A stretch of 62,166 nucleotides of DNA, filler included, from Stramenopiles sp. TOSAG23-3 (taxonomy: Eukaryota): the NCBI GenBank assembly GCA_900128585.1. It is 6 parts of 6 records of this genome, joined end to end, with 100 filler letters (N's around TTAATTAATTAA, not from the genome) between each part and the next. Parts side by side here need not be neighbours in the genome. Positions count along the whole stretch, not along the records: positions 26,795 to 53,439 come from LT642271.1; 5 more parts are not named here. The stretch is one strand, 5' to 3'. Under the pieces are notes generated by a model. That model was not told where the DNA came from, did not search any database, and saw only the letters and a program-made list of their open reading frames with translations. Within the stretch, counting starts at the first letter, position 1, and each line of letters begins with the position of its first letter. Positions 34,806 through 45,178 of the stretch are shown here, one piece after another. The position numbers and the translations under genes are program-made.

Positions 34806-36050
34806 ATGCTCCTATCCATGGTAGAAAATAGGAGGGCGGGGGTCTGCCGTCCCCAAAAATTGCGCAATATCTCCAGGACGAGTATAGGGCAAAACTTGAG
34901 TGTGAACGAAGGCATTTCATTTAGTACAGAGCACTGCAACTACGTTGCCTGCCTCGACATAGAAAACGTCGAGTGTAGGTACTTGCTGAGCGGGTGCAAC
35001 AACGGGTGCGTTGCAATCTATGACACTGCGAACATTGCCCAAACGGGCCCTTTAGAGCCGATCGCAAAGTCAGAATCGGCTTCGTCGTCTCGTAGTAACC
35101 GTTCGTCCGGATCGAGTGCCACGGTAATTTCTTCCGTTCAGTGGTACCCGTTTGACACAGGGATGTTCTTCTCCGGGAGTCTTGAAGGCAAAATGAAAGT
35201 TTGGGATACCAACTTGTTCCAACCCGTGCACGCAAAGCGAGCCGGAAAACGTGTGAATGACGTGCAAACGTCTAGTATCAGCACACACCACAGCTTATTG
35301 GCCGTGGCAACTGAGCAACACTTTGTTTCCCTCTTTGACCTGCGGAGTGGCCTCGCGATCAACCGGACACTGGAGGGTCACACCGGGCCGGTTTTGTCCC
35401 TGTCGTGGTCTCCTCGGGACGAATTTTTGATATGCTCTGGGAGCTCGGACGGCGCGGTTAAAATGTGGGATGTTCGGCGGTCGGGTGATTCGGCATGCGT
35501 AGCGACCTACGACCGATTGAACACCAAAGGGACGGTCTTGCGAAATGGCAAAGCTGCTGCATGGAAGCGTTCCTGCAACTCGCACGTTGCCGCTTCCACA
35601 GCGCCCGTTTTATACCGTAAGCGAAAGCAAAGGGAAGAGGGGCGGGTGGCGTACGTGCGCGATGAAGTAACGTCCGTAAAATTTTCTCCGGACGGGCTGT
35701 ACGTCGTCAGCGTGTCTGCTGGCAGAATGACACTGTGGAAATCCGATGGGACAAACATGCTCGTTGACTTTCCACATTTTTCATCTACGTATAAATCGCG
35801 ACCGTCCCCAATGTCATTTTTGCCATTTGGAGCGTTGAAGGACACTGCGATTGCTGTCCCTGCAGGGCACAATTCTGCGGATATACACGTGTACGATTTG
35901 TTTACTGGCTGTCGAAGAGCATCGTTGACGGGCCACTTCGACAGACTCACCTCGCTCATTGTTCAAGATTACGGTTCCTCGTGCCGCATATATTCTGCGA
36001 GCCAGGACTCCAACATTCACGTATGGGGGCATCATCGCACCGTTTCTTGA
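34806..36050 (+). CDS. ERCC8: DNA excision repair protein ERCC8/CSA (WD40)
   Basis: LDIENVECRYLLSG, VQWYPFDTGMFFSGS, KVWDTN, HSLLAVAT, LEGHTGPVLSLSWSP, WDVRRS. Confidence 0.92.
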   Translation: MLLSMVENRRAGVCRPQKLRNISRTSIGQNLSVNEGISFSTEHCNYVACLDIENVECRYLLSGCNNGCVAIYDTANIAQTGPLEPIAKSESASSSRSNRSSGSSATVISSVQWYPFDTGMFFSGSLEGKMKVWDTNLFQPVHAKRAGKRVNDVQTSSISTHHSLLAVATEQHFVSLFDLRSGLAINRTLEGHTGPVLSLSWSPRDEFLICSGSSDGAVKMWDVRRSGDSACVATYDRLNTKGTVLRNGKAAAWKRSCNSHVAASTAPVLYRKRKQREEGRVAYVRDEVTSVKFSPDGLYVVSVSAGRMTLWKSDGTNMLVDFPHFSSTYKSRPSPMSFLPFGALKDTAIAVPAGHNSADIHVYDLFTGCRRASLTGHFDRLTSLIVQDYGSSCRIYSASQDSNIHVWGHHRTVS

Positions 36051-36207
36051 GCACGTATTTCGTTTTTTGAGATGTTGTGTAGAAAATAGAAGTGTTGTTC
36101 GTTGAAACTTTTTTTATTGGTCACACCGGACAATCACATCAGCACGGAGTGCAGCGTCTGTACGTTCAATGTAATGTTTTTAGAATTAAAATTATAAACC
36201 CTCTTTT

Positions 36208-36241
36208 AATTACTTAAATAACAGCCAATTTTCTTGTTTTT
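36208..36241 (+). mobile_element. Bare 34-bp T-tailed core with 11-bp target-site duplication
   Basis: AAACCCTCTTT at 36196-36206 and 36243-36253. Confidence 0.8.
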
Positions 36242-36279
36242 AAAACCCTCTTTAGAAAAAAAAACAGATATGATATTGA

Positions 36280-36382
36280 CAACCAACAATGAAACAAAAC
36301 TACAGAACCAAGTTAAGATTAGGGTATGAGGACGCTAAATTTAATTACTACTTATAAATAACAGCCAATTTTCTTGTTTTTT
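36280..36382 (+). mobile_element. 103-bp element (AGGGTATGAGGACGCTAAATTT head + core) with 11-bp target-site duplication
   Basis: TATGATATTGA at 36269-36279 and 36383-36393. Confidence 0.8.
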
Positions 36383-36464
36383 TATGATATTGATAAATAT
36401 AATATCATATGCTTTAAGACTCTCTCACTTTATATCAGTCATTGATTTTGTCGCGCGCACATTT

Positions 36465-37418
36465 TCACCCATAGATTTCATCTCTATTTGCCTCAGCCGG
36501 CAGGGAGTGCGTTGCATTGTCTGGGCCGTGGTTTTTTCTTGGCTTCACGCCACTTTGCTTTTCTTTGAAGTGAAGAGGCCCGCTCGATGTTTCCTTGAAC
36601 TTCATGCCACTACCCCTTTTTTTCGTACACTGGCAATCCTTTTCGCAAGTGCAGTCAGCTACTTTACAATCACATTCCATGTAACCCCCCTCGCTTATGC
36701 CAGGCCCGCCGACACCCTCATATCCACAACTGCATTTGAAATCTTGCTCTATGTTGCGCGTCTTTTCCTCCTGGTCAGGCTTTTTTTTAGGGGCGCCAGA
36801 GCACACCGGGCATATGGGGCAATTCGCTTCCGGAGGAAAATGTGTTCCTTGGAATGGATCCGCGCTTAGCCGGCAAAAACATTGCTTTAGGCAATGACAG
36901 GTGTACGGTTTACATTCGCAGTCCAAGTCGGGGTTATCCAGGTCTTTGGCCGCGCTCGATCGTACTTTTCCCCCCGACTGCGCCTTCAACATCGTTTTCT
37001 GGTTCCGTAACCGACCATTCGTGACGCCACTATCGGTTTCCACAAAGGAAAGCGGCCGAACAACGTCTTCTATGGTCACAATGCTTTTGTTTTGCATCAA
37101 CATTGTTCGCATATTCATATCTACTGGAAAGCATGAATGGCCAACGTGGTTTTCGGTGGGGAAAGACAACGACTCTCGCGCCTTCTTGGACCCTGGGCTG
37201 GCACGTTTTGGCTCTGCAGTCTCTTGGGCAGTGCCCTCTTTCCGCTCCCCCAAGTTGACGTGTCGGTACCCAGCATTTTCTAAAAGTATCTGAAGATCAA
37301 AACTGTTTAATTTTTCTAGCTTATCCGCAAGCTTCAGCTCAGCGGAAACACGAAAAGGCGCAAAAACAAAAATGCTGAGAACCAACAGAACCACTAAAAC
37401 ACTTCTCTGTTCGCTCAT
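36465..37418 (-). CDS. Secreted Cys-rich hypothetical protein
   Basis: Signal peptide MSEQRSVLVVLLVLSIFVFA; two CxCKxxxCxCxKxCxC clusters. Confidence 0.7.
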   Translation of the reverse strand: MSEQRSVLVVLLVLSIFVFAPFRVSAELKLADKLEKLNSFDLQILLENAGYRHVNLGERKEGTAQETAEPKRASPGSKKARESLSFPTENHVGHSCFPVDMNMRTMLMQNKSIVTIEDVVRPLSFVETDSGVTNGRLRNQKTMLKAQSGGKVRSSAAKDLDNPDLDCECKPYTCHCLKQCFCRLSADPFQGTHFPPEANCPICPVCSGAPKKKPDQEEKTRNIEQDFKCSCGYEGVGGPGISEGGYMECDCKVADCTCEKDCQCTKKRGSGMKFKETSSGPLHFKEKQSGVKPRKNHGPDNATHSLPAEANRDEIYG

Positions 37419-38141
37419 CCTAGTCGCAAACCTACAGCAGGGCATTCCGTTATGTATACTACTATTGCCTGCCACTTTCTAGTCGCTTCACTTACTCCTC
37501 TTTTTGTTTTGGAAGAAAGAGGTGCGTGGAAAGAATAAATAACTTCCTTACAACGATACAATCACTTAAAAGACAAACACTTGGTGAAACAAATTATAGA
37601 ACACCTTTTGACTACATCCTTCCCACATTCATTCATTTCGTTTCATAATTTCTTTCACTTGTTTACTCCCATTGCTTTCCTCTGTACGGATACCTTTAGT
37701 TATAAAAAAAAGTAATTAAATATAGTAATAATATTAATAATTAAATAAAAACTCCCTTTCTTTTTTCTATTTATCCAACGCGGAGCTCTTTCTTCGCTTC
37801 CTCAATTTAAATAGGAAACAATTAATAAAATTATAATTATATACGTATACATAATAATGGAAGAAACAATGCATAATAATAAGTATATTATAATTGTATA
37901 CTAAATAATATCATCCAGTGCAGCTACTTACGAGGAATTAAGAAAAAAAATTCAAATTATTTTATTAATAAAATAATTAATAAGTCTGTCCCTTCCCTCC
38001 CCTCGTTCTTGCGCCTAAACTAAAAACGTCAAGGGAAGACAATACGAGACGTGCGACAACAAAAAAATCGTGGCGGCACAAAGCATTCATTTTCCAAGAG
38101 AGAGAGTTACTCTGATTAAATTTATATGGAACCTGCTTGCG

Positions 38142-40232
38142 ATGTTGCACGTAAAGGAACTTGCAGAGTCTTTCTCCACCCAGGGTTCGTTTCTAAACAA
38201 TGTGGTCCGGAAGGCTGCCCAAGAGGTTTCGGTGACAAAATCACAATTACATAGTTCTCAAAATCAGCTGCAGAAATCACATAAGAAGGTTGAGCAATTG
38301 CTAGAAGAAACTGCAGCCATTAAGGAACAGGCCTTGCGCGATAAAATAAAATACGAAAAGCAAGCTCAGTGTACGGTTGAAGATCTTCGAGGTCATTTAG
38401 AAAAGTCTAATGTTAGTTTGGCCGTTTCCCAGGGCGAAATCAAAAGGTTGCGCGTGAAGTTGTCCGAGGAAAAGACCCTCTTGAAAAGTGCCATGACAAC
38501 TGCAGAGTTGCAAAGCAACAGAAAGGACGAAATGGTACAGTCTTTGCAATCAAAATGTAAAAAATACAAGCAGGAAAATCAAAAACTCATCGAATACGCA
38601 AACTCGATGAAGAAGAAAAATAGTGACATCCAGTCAAGCCTTCAACCCATATCTGAACTTGAGTTTCAAGCAACCCAACTGCACAATAAAGTGCAGTCGG
38701 AAATGAGCAACACACGCGCCGCCCAATCGGAGCTACTAGAAACGAAAAGAACACTGAAACGCGTGTGGAAAACGAAGCAGAGAATGGAAAAAACTAACAA
38801 GAAACAAGAATTGCATCTTGCCCGCATTAGAAAACAGCACGCTATGAAAGAATACCAGCTGCGCGCAGACAAGGAGTTTCTGTCCAGCGAGCTGCAAAAT
38901 GCTAGAATAGAATTAGACAAGTACAGTGTTGAGCTAGAGCGCAGCGCCGCGGAAAAAGAAGAAGCGCAGAGGGCCTGCGAGTCTTTGGAAGTAAAAAACG
39001 CTGAAAGAATAGCCAACATTGAAGAAAGCCACAAAGAGCAGCTTCTTCGCCAACAACAGCTCACGCGTGTACATAGTAGCCACAACATGGAGGTGCAACA
39101 TGCCGCCTTCATTGCCCAACTAGAAAAGCAGCTTGAGGCTCAAAGAGCAAGCGACCAAATCGCGTTAAAAACCCTTGAAAAAAAAGTTAATACGGACTAC
39201 ATTAGCAAACATGAACACCACCGTCGGTTGAACAAGCTCCAGGCTCTCTTCAAAGAAAAAGAGAAGCGTCTCGAGAAAGAAAAGTCGTCCGAGATACTTT
39301 CCGTCATGCAAAAATTTGCTAAAGAACAAAAAATGTCCGACATTTCTTCAAAGATGCAGTTGCAAAGTAACATTGATAATAATAAAGACGAGCTGCAACG
39401 AGACCGAGAGAAGCTAAACAGCAAAATGAATTTGATGTCTGCAAAGATGGAACTGTTGCGGTCGGAAAGGCTAAAAATGACTACGAAGTTGTCCGAGCGA
39501 ACGAAAGACGTCGAGGTCGTCCAGCAATTGTTGCTGAAAGAGAAAGAAAAGTGCAGCGCGTTGGAGCAAAGTACTAAAGTGTCGGACAATGCTGCATGGC
39601 GCATGAAATCGTGCGTTGAGAACAACGAGATTCTTTTGAATGGAAAAATAGCGGAACTAAAGGCATCTCAAACGCAATGCAAGCTACTGCAGCAAGAAAA
39701 TATGTCGTTGAAGGACAAGATTGGTAAGAACCTGGTTAACTTTGACAAAATCATTAACGCGCAAAAACTTTCTCGGGCACGGCAAGAGGACAAAGAGACG
39801 GCGTCGCAGCACCTTTCAGAAAGCCTGTCCAGTTTAAGCAAGCGTTACGATACACTCCGAAGAGAAAAGGATAAGCTGTTGAACGAGCTGCAAATACTGA
39901 CGCACATGTCGGAAGAAAAGGAGAAGGCTCTTGAAGGAAAAGTCAGAGACTTGAAGAAACGGTTGGAAAAAGCAAAATCAATAGGTGAAAATTTTGGGAA
40001 CCAATTGAAAGAATCCAGGGACAAACTGAAAAGGGCGTACGTCGATGTCGATAATGCAATTAAAAAAATCACAAACTTAAAAGACCAAGTAAGGGATTAT
40101 CGTGAGCTATCGGAACGGTTGGGGAAGAACAACAAAGACCTGGGTCATTTTCTGGAAGTGGAGAGATCCAGGATCCAGCCGTCTTTACGATTTCAAAATG
40201 CTTCTCGGTCAAAAAATCGAGAAAAGTTCTAG
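38142..40232 (+). CDS. Long coiled-coil protein
   Basis: ~696 aa, E/K/Q/L-rich heptads throughout. Confidence 0.8.
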   Translation: MLHVKELAESFSTQGSFLNNVVRKAAQEVSVTKSQLHSSQNQLQKSHKKVEQLLEETAAIKEQALRDKIKYEKQAQCTVEDLRGHLEKSNVSLAVSQGEIKRLRVKLSEEKTLLKSAMTTAELQSNRKDEMVQSLQSKCKKYKQENQKLIEYANSMKKKNSDIQSSLQPISELEFQATQLHNKVQSEMSNTRAAQSELLETKRTLKRVWKTKQRMEKTNKKQELHLARIRKQHAMKEYQLRADKEFLSSELQNARIELDKYSVELERSAAEKEEAQRACESLEVKNAERIANIEESHKEQLLRQQQLTRVHSSHNMEVQHAAFIAQLEKQLEAQRASDQIALKTLEKKVNTDYISKHEHHRRLNKLQALFKEKEKRLEKEKSSEILSVMQKFAKEQKMSDISSKMQLQSNIDNNKDELQRDREKLNSKMNLMSAKMELLRSERLKMTTKLSERTKDVEVVQQLLLKEKEKCSALEQSTKVSDNAAWRMKSCVENNEILLNGKIAELKASQTQCKLLQQENMSLKDKIGKNLVNFDKIINAQKLSRARQEDKETASQHLSESLSSLSKRYDTLRREKDKLLNELQILTHMSEEKEKALEGKVRDLKKRLEKAKSIGENFGNQLKESRDKLKRAYVDVDNAIKKITNLKDQVRDYRELSERLGKNNKDLGHFLEVERSRIQPSLRFQNASRSKNREKF

Positions 40233-40382
40233 TGTCTAAGAATTACGAAAGGTAGGAAAGTAAACTGAGAAATTGGTTTAAGAACTAAAGCTTAGTTTTT
40301 TTTTGGTAGTAAGAATCTTAAAAAACGCACCCTTCAAAAATATAATATATTTAAGACCCCTCCTTCACCATTACATCCGGTC

Positions 40383-43300
40383 TCATTCAAAATTCGGGGG
40401 TTGCAAGCGTTTGGAAGGCCTCTTGCGAGCAGATGGCACCTCTCGCGAGGACTCATAGCTCTTGTAACTCTTCGTTCTTCTTAACGCAATCGACTCCCCG
40501 AACGGTGTAGTTGACCCGTCGACGCTGTGCTGTCGTTTTAGGGGCCTCGGTTCTGAAAATGTTAAATTCTGTGAATGGCTGGAAATGTTTCTTGTCGTTG
40601 TTCCCAACAAACCACCCAGATCATTGAACACTTTGCATAATTCCTCAATAGCAATAACATCGCCATTTTGTGCCTTCGGCAAGAAGAAGTTGTATGTATT
40701 CTGTAACTTTTCAAACATGTCTTTCAGGTTCTGGTTTTCCTTTGTGCTGGAGCGAGGAGGAGTTTTTGGTACTTTCGGCAGAAAGGACCTTTCTCTGTCA
40801 AACTTTACGTTCTCGTTGCCAGTTCCCATAGCACCAGATTTATCTACAAGAGGCTGGGCTTCACCAGAAACGACCTTCTTCTTTTTAACATCTTTCGACG
40901 GGCTAGCACCTACTTTATGTTCTTTATTCGCACCACTCTGCTCCCGCCAGTACCGGCAGTACAGACCGTCGCCATTCATCAACTCTTTGTGCGTTCCTTC
41001 TTCGCACACCTTTCCATTTTCGATGCACACAATTTTTGCTGCATTTTTAATGGTTGAAAGCCTATGCGCAATCGCGATCGTGGTCTTTCCCTTCATGAGC
41101 CGTTCCAATGCCTCTTGGACAAGACTTTCGGATTCTTGGTCCAGTGCTGAGGTGGCTTCATCAAGCAGCAAAATTTTTGGTTCCATTAAAATCGCCCGCG
41201 CAATCGCCAACCGCTGCTTTTGACCTCCTGACAGACGCACCCCATCCCGCCCCACCTCTGTTCTCCACTTTTCGGGACACTTGTTGACGATGAAATCGTA
41301 AATGTTGGCATCCTTAGCGGCTCTTTCGATGGCCTCCTGCGAAGGTTCCTGGCCCTGACACCCGTATACCATGTTTTCTCGTATGGAACGGTTGAACAAA
41401 ACAGGTTCCTGCGGGACGATCGCAATTTGGCGCCGGAGGGATATTGGTTTTATATCTTTGATATCGATCCCATCGATGCTTATGCTTCCTGTCTTGGGGT
41501 CGTAAAACCTTTCGATCATAGACATAATGGTTGTTTTCCCAGAGCCCGACGGACCTACTAGGGCAGTCAACTTTCCCGCATCCGCGGTGAAGCCAACACC
41601 TCGTAACACTTTCGACCCCGGCCTGGTTGGGTATGAAAAGTGCACGTTCTCCACTTTTACTTCCCCGACAACGCTTTGAAGCTCATTCCCACCGTACAGA
41701 CCAATTTTAGGACGTCGCTCTAGCAGATCGTAAATTTTTGCCACGGGCTCCAGGGAGTTGTACATATCTTCGCCGAAGTCGTTAACAATACTACTCACTT
41801 CATGAACGCAGTTCAAACCTAAGTGAACAAACTGGAGTAAATCTCCCGCCTCAAGCTTTCCATTGGCGACGAGTGAGCCTCCATAATACAGAGCAAAAAT
41901 TTCAGGCCCGCGGTTCAAAATGCTGAAAATCGGGTTTGATAGGTTGTCGATGATCCTGAGCCTTTGGTGAGCGCTGTCGTTCATGTTACTTTGCTCCACG
42001 AATTCTTCGTGTTCTATTGGTTCTCTGGTGAACGAGCGCAGGGTTCGAAAATTTCTCGGATTCAACAGTTCATAAATGTTATTGCTTTTCGTAACGTTCC
42101 CTTTTTTTAACTTTCTTCGAATCCTATTGCTATACTGCAACACGATGCTTCTTATGCTAATTTGCAAGACCCGGGACGCCATTAGTATGCCAAACAGGGC
42201 CGGGGACTTGTTGAACAGCACAATGGACGTCATGGCAATGCTGGAGCATTTCTCCAAGAGGCGGCTGGGGGCGTCCAGCAACCAGAACAAGCAGTTTTTG
42301 GCAGAAGATACGTAATGCATGGCCTCATATGACTCGTGAACGTCCCAATACTCTATGTCCTGCTGCAAAATATGATGAAATACATCCTGCTGCAGCTTCG
42401 TTCCCATGCGACTCTGGCTTACCGAGTTCAGTTTCTCTGAGTAGAGCTCTGTTGCAGTTTCGATCAGGTGGGCCAGCAACATGGCAATCACGATGTCTTT
42501 AACACCGCGCTGCATCTTCAAAGCGTTGGTCGTTCCCATTATTGATTGCTGAATAGAATTGATAAGCTCACTTTCGTACAGCGAACTAAGGGAACCTAGT
42601 GCCCCATGCGCAATGGCGAACATGTTCCCCGCGCATATCAGGGGTATTTCCTGCTTGAACCGTAGCAAAATGTAGACGGCCTTCTTCAGCCACGTGGACT
42701 CGGTTTCTCGTATGTATCTATTGGCCCTGTCCTTTACGTCTTTCAGGTGCCGCGAGTAGGCCGTTTGGAACATTTTTGTTTCATCATTGTTTGCCGTAAA
42801 CGCCTGCCGGTCTTCCCCGAACAAAAATTTCGACGGCATTCTGCAAAACTCAGAGAATTCGAACGGGGTACCAATGAGTCTAATCTGCAGCCATTCGGCG
42901 GTGTACATGAGCTCCCGGAGTTTCTCCCCATCTTTGAACTTCTCGTCCTTCTGAGCCATAGTTTTCTCCAGCGCCTCTCCCATTTCCCTTTTTATCATCC
43001 GTGCAGCAACAACGTAAGCCTCTCGTATCTCCGCCACTTCTTCGTCGATCTCTTCAACGTCTTCGATTGCGCACACCATACTGTCGACCTTTGTATGTTT
43101 GTCGCTAGCAACGCTTTCTTCTTCGTTCTCAGAGTCGCAGCCTGATTCAGACGTGCTGCCGTCCACGTCGCTCCCCCCCCGCCCTTCCCAGCGTTGCTTT
43201 CTCGCCTTCGTGGTCGGACGTTTCGACAGTCTCCATGAGATGCAAGTTTTCGTCGTTGATAATTTCGCAAAGGGTTCTCATACGTTTTTTCGTCTCGCGC

Positions 43301-43590
43301 TCTATATACCATGACTTCTGCCTCTCAGGTTTCAAGAAGTAAGAGTACAACCCTTCAACTACCAAGGGGCCAAAGAGGAACGCAACGATGTAGTATCCAC
43401 GTTTTCGAAAAAAATCAGGTCGGGGAGGCCAGCCCCCGAACGTTTGGGTGACGAGTAGCGCCATCTTCTTAAAAAAATCTCGAGAGCAGGCAGCCAACCA
43501 GCGCTGCACGTTACCCAGCCCAACCTTCTGCAGGAACATACCGAACAGCGACACCTGAGCAGGCTGCCGAACGATCCGCCCTGGACCCAT
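40383..43590 (-). CDS. ABCB-family half transporter (TMD+NBD); one-base frameshift in a G8 run at 43173-43180
   Basis: Walker A GPSGSGKT, LSGGQKQR, LLLDEATSALD, IAHRLST; removing one G joins ORF 43590 to ORF 43166 (GRAGGSDVDG). Confidence 0.88.
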
Positions 43591-43894
43591 TTGGTCGTGC
43601 TATAAAAATGAAACACGCTAGCGCACGAACGAAACGAACATGTGATTTTTAAATCTACAAGTGCATTTATTATTTCTGGAAAAAAGTACAAATATTTCTA
43701 AAATGACGTGGTACATACAGGTATCTTTTTATAAAAAATTCATTTCATACAGTAGTAGTAAAAGAATATTTTATTATTTTATTATTATTATTATATATTC
43801 CATATATATATTTTTTCTTCCTTCTTCTGCTTCTTCTTTTTTTTCTTTCTCTTCTTCTTTTTTTTTCCTTCTCTCTCTTCTTATTCTTCTTCTT

Positions 43895-44000
43895 CTTTTA
43901 TCTTCTTCTTTTATCTTCTTTTATCTTCTTTTATCTTCTTTTATCTTCTTTTATCTTCTTTTATCTTCTTTTATCTTCTTTTTTTTATCTTCTTCTTTTA
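43895..44000. repeat. 10-bp minisatellite (TTATCTTCTT)n; a (TTTCTTC)n tract follows at ~44425-44490
   Basis: About seven exact tandem units at 43911-43980. Confidence 0.9.
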
Positions 44001-45178
44001 TCTTCTTTTGTCTTCTTCTTCTTTTGTCTTCTTCTTCTTTTTCTTCTTCTCTTCTTCTTCTTTTGTTGTTGTTGTAGAGAGTAGAGAGAGAGGAGTCCTG
44101 CAGAGATCTTCTTTCTTCGTTCTTTTTTCTTGGTGTGTGTTGTTATTTAAAAATATAATGTAGCATCATCATAGCATAACATTTAAAGAATCAACTGACT
44201 CCGACTACTCACTTAGCTTTGGTTTGACTTCGTTATTCATCTTCTTATTAGTTTAATGCATTTAAAGTGCTCCTCGTACATAATCCACACTAATCCGATT
44301 TATTACATTGTGTCTAGTATGAGGATGACTACCAACATTTAAAAAAAAAGAGGTTTAACAGAAAAAGGGGGAAGGAAGAAGAGAAAAAAAAAGTCCTGAT
44401 TTAATATTATTAACACGCACGCTGTTTCTTCTTCTTTCTTCTTTCTTCTTTCTTCTTTCTTCTTTCTTCTTTCTTCTTTCTTCTTTCTTCATTTTTAAAA
44501 AATTAAAAAAATTAATTTTAAATACTGTTATTAATTAATTAGAAATTAAATTAAAAAAAAAATGAATGAATGAGAATGAATTTATGAATGAAATTTTATT
44601 TTTTTCTTTGATTGAATGTACGAGGTAGTCGTCTAAAAAATAATAAAATATTTTAAGTAAAAATAAAAATAAGCGACATTTTTCACCTAGTCTATTAATA
44701 ATTTAACATTACACAGCATTGTTTGACGATTAAATTCTAAAATTGTAAAATTTCATCCTACTATTATTACAACAATATATAGACTATATATCCACAAGGA
44801 GGGAAAAAAAGGAGGTATATTAATTAATTTTAACTAGTAAAAATATTATTGAGGATGTTCGGCGCGTCTCCTCCGTGTGGTGGTACACAAATACTTTTTT
44901 TGTTCTTAAAAAACAGCGGTATTTTGCAAGTTCACACGACGACTATATTTAACCATTCTCCCAGTTTCCGAAAAGTGCTCTACATAGTGAAGGAATTGTG
45001 AATGTGTTTTTATGCTAACCAATATTTGAATTGTTTTCAAAATTGTGAAGGGATCTTTGTTCCCTTGAAGTAGTATTATTTCAACAAACAGTCGAAGGGA
45101 TAAACCCTTGACGATAATATAAGGGCTGCCGGTGTCGTTCGTTGCCCGAGAGAATATTTTCACTGGGGAGGACTTGCC

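Noticed and set aside
36208-36241. Core as a spliced-leader RNA (TTTAATTAC..AG, Sm-like AATTTTCTTG)
   Set aside because: No GT donor after the AG, imperfect Sm site, and copies lie at gene 3' ends rather than 5' ends
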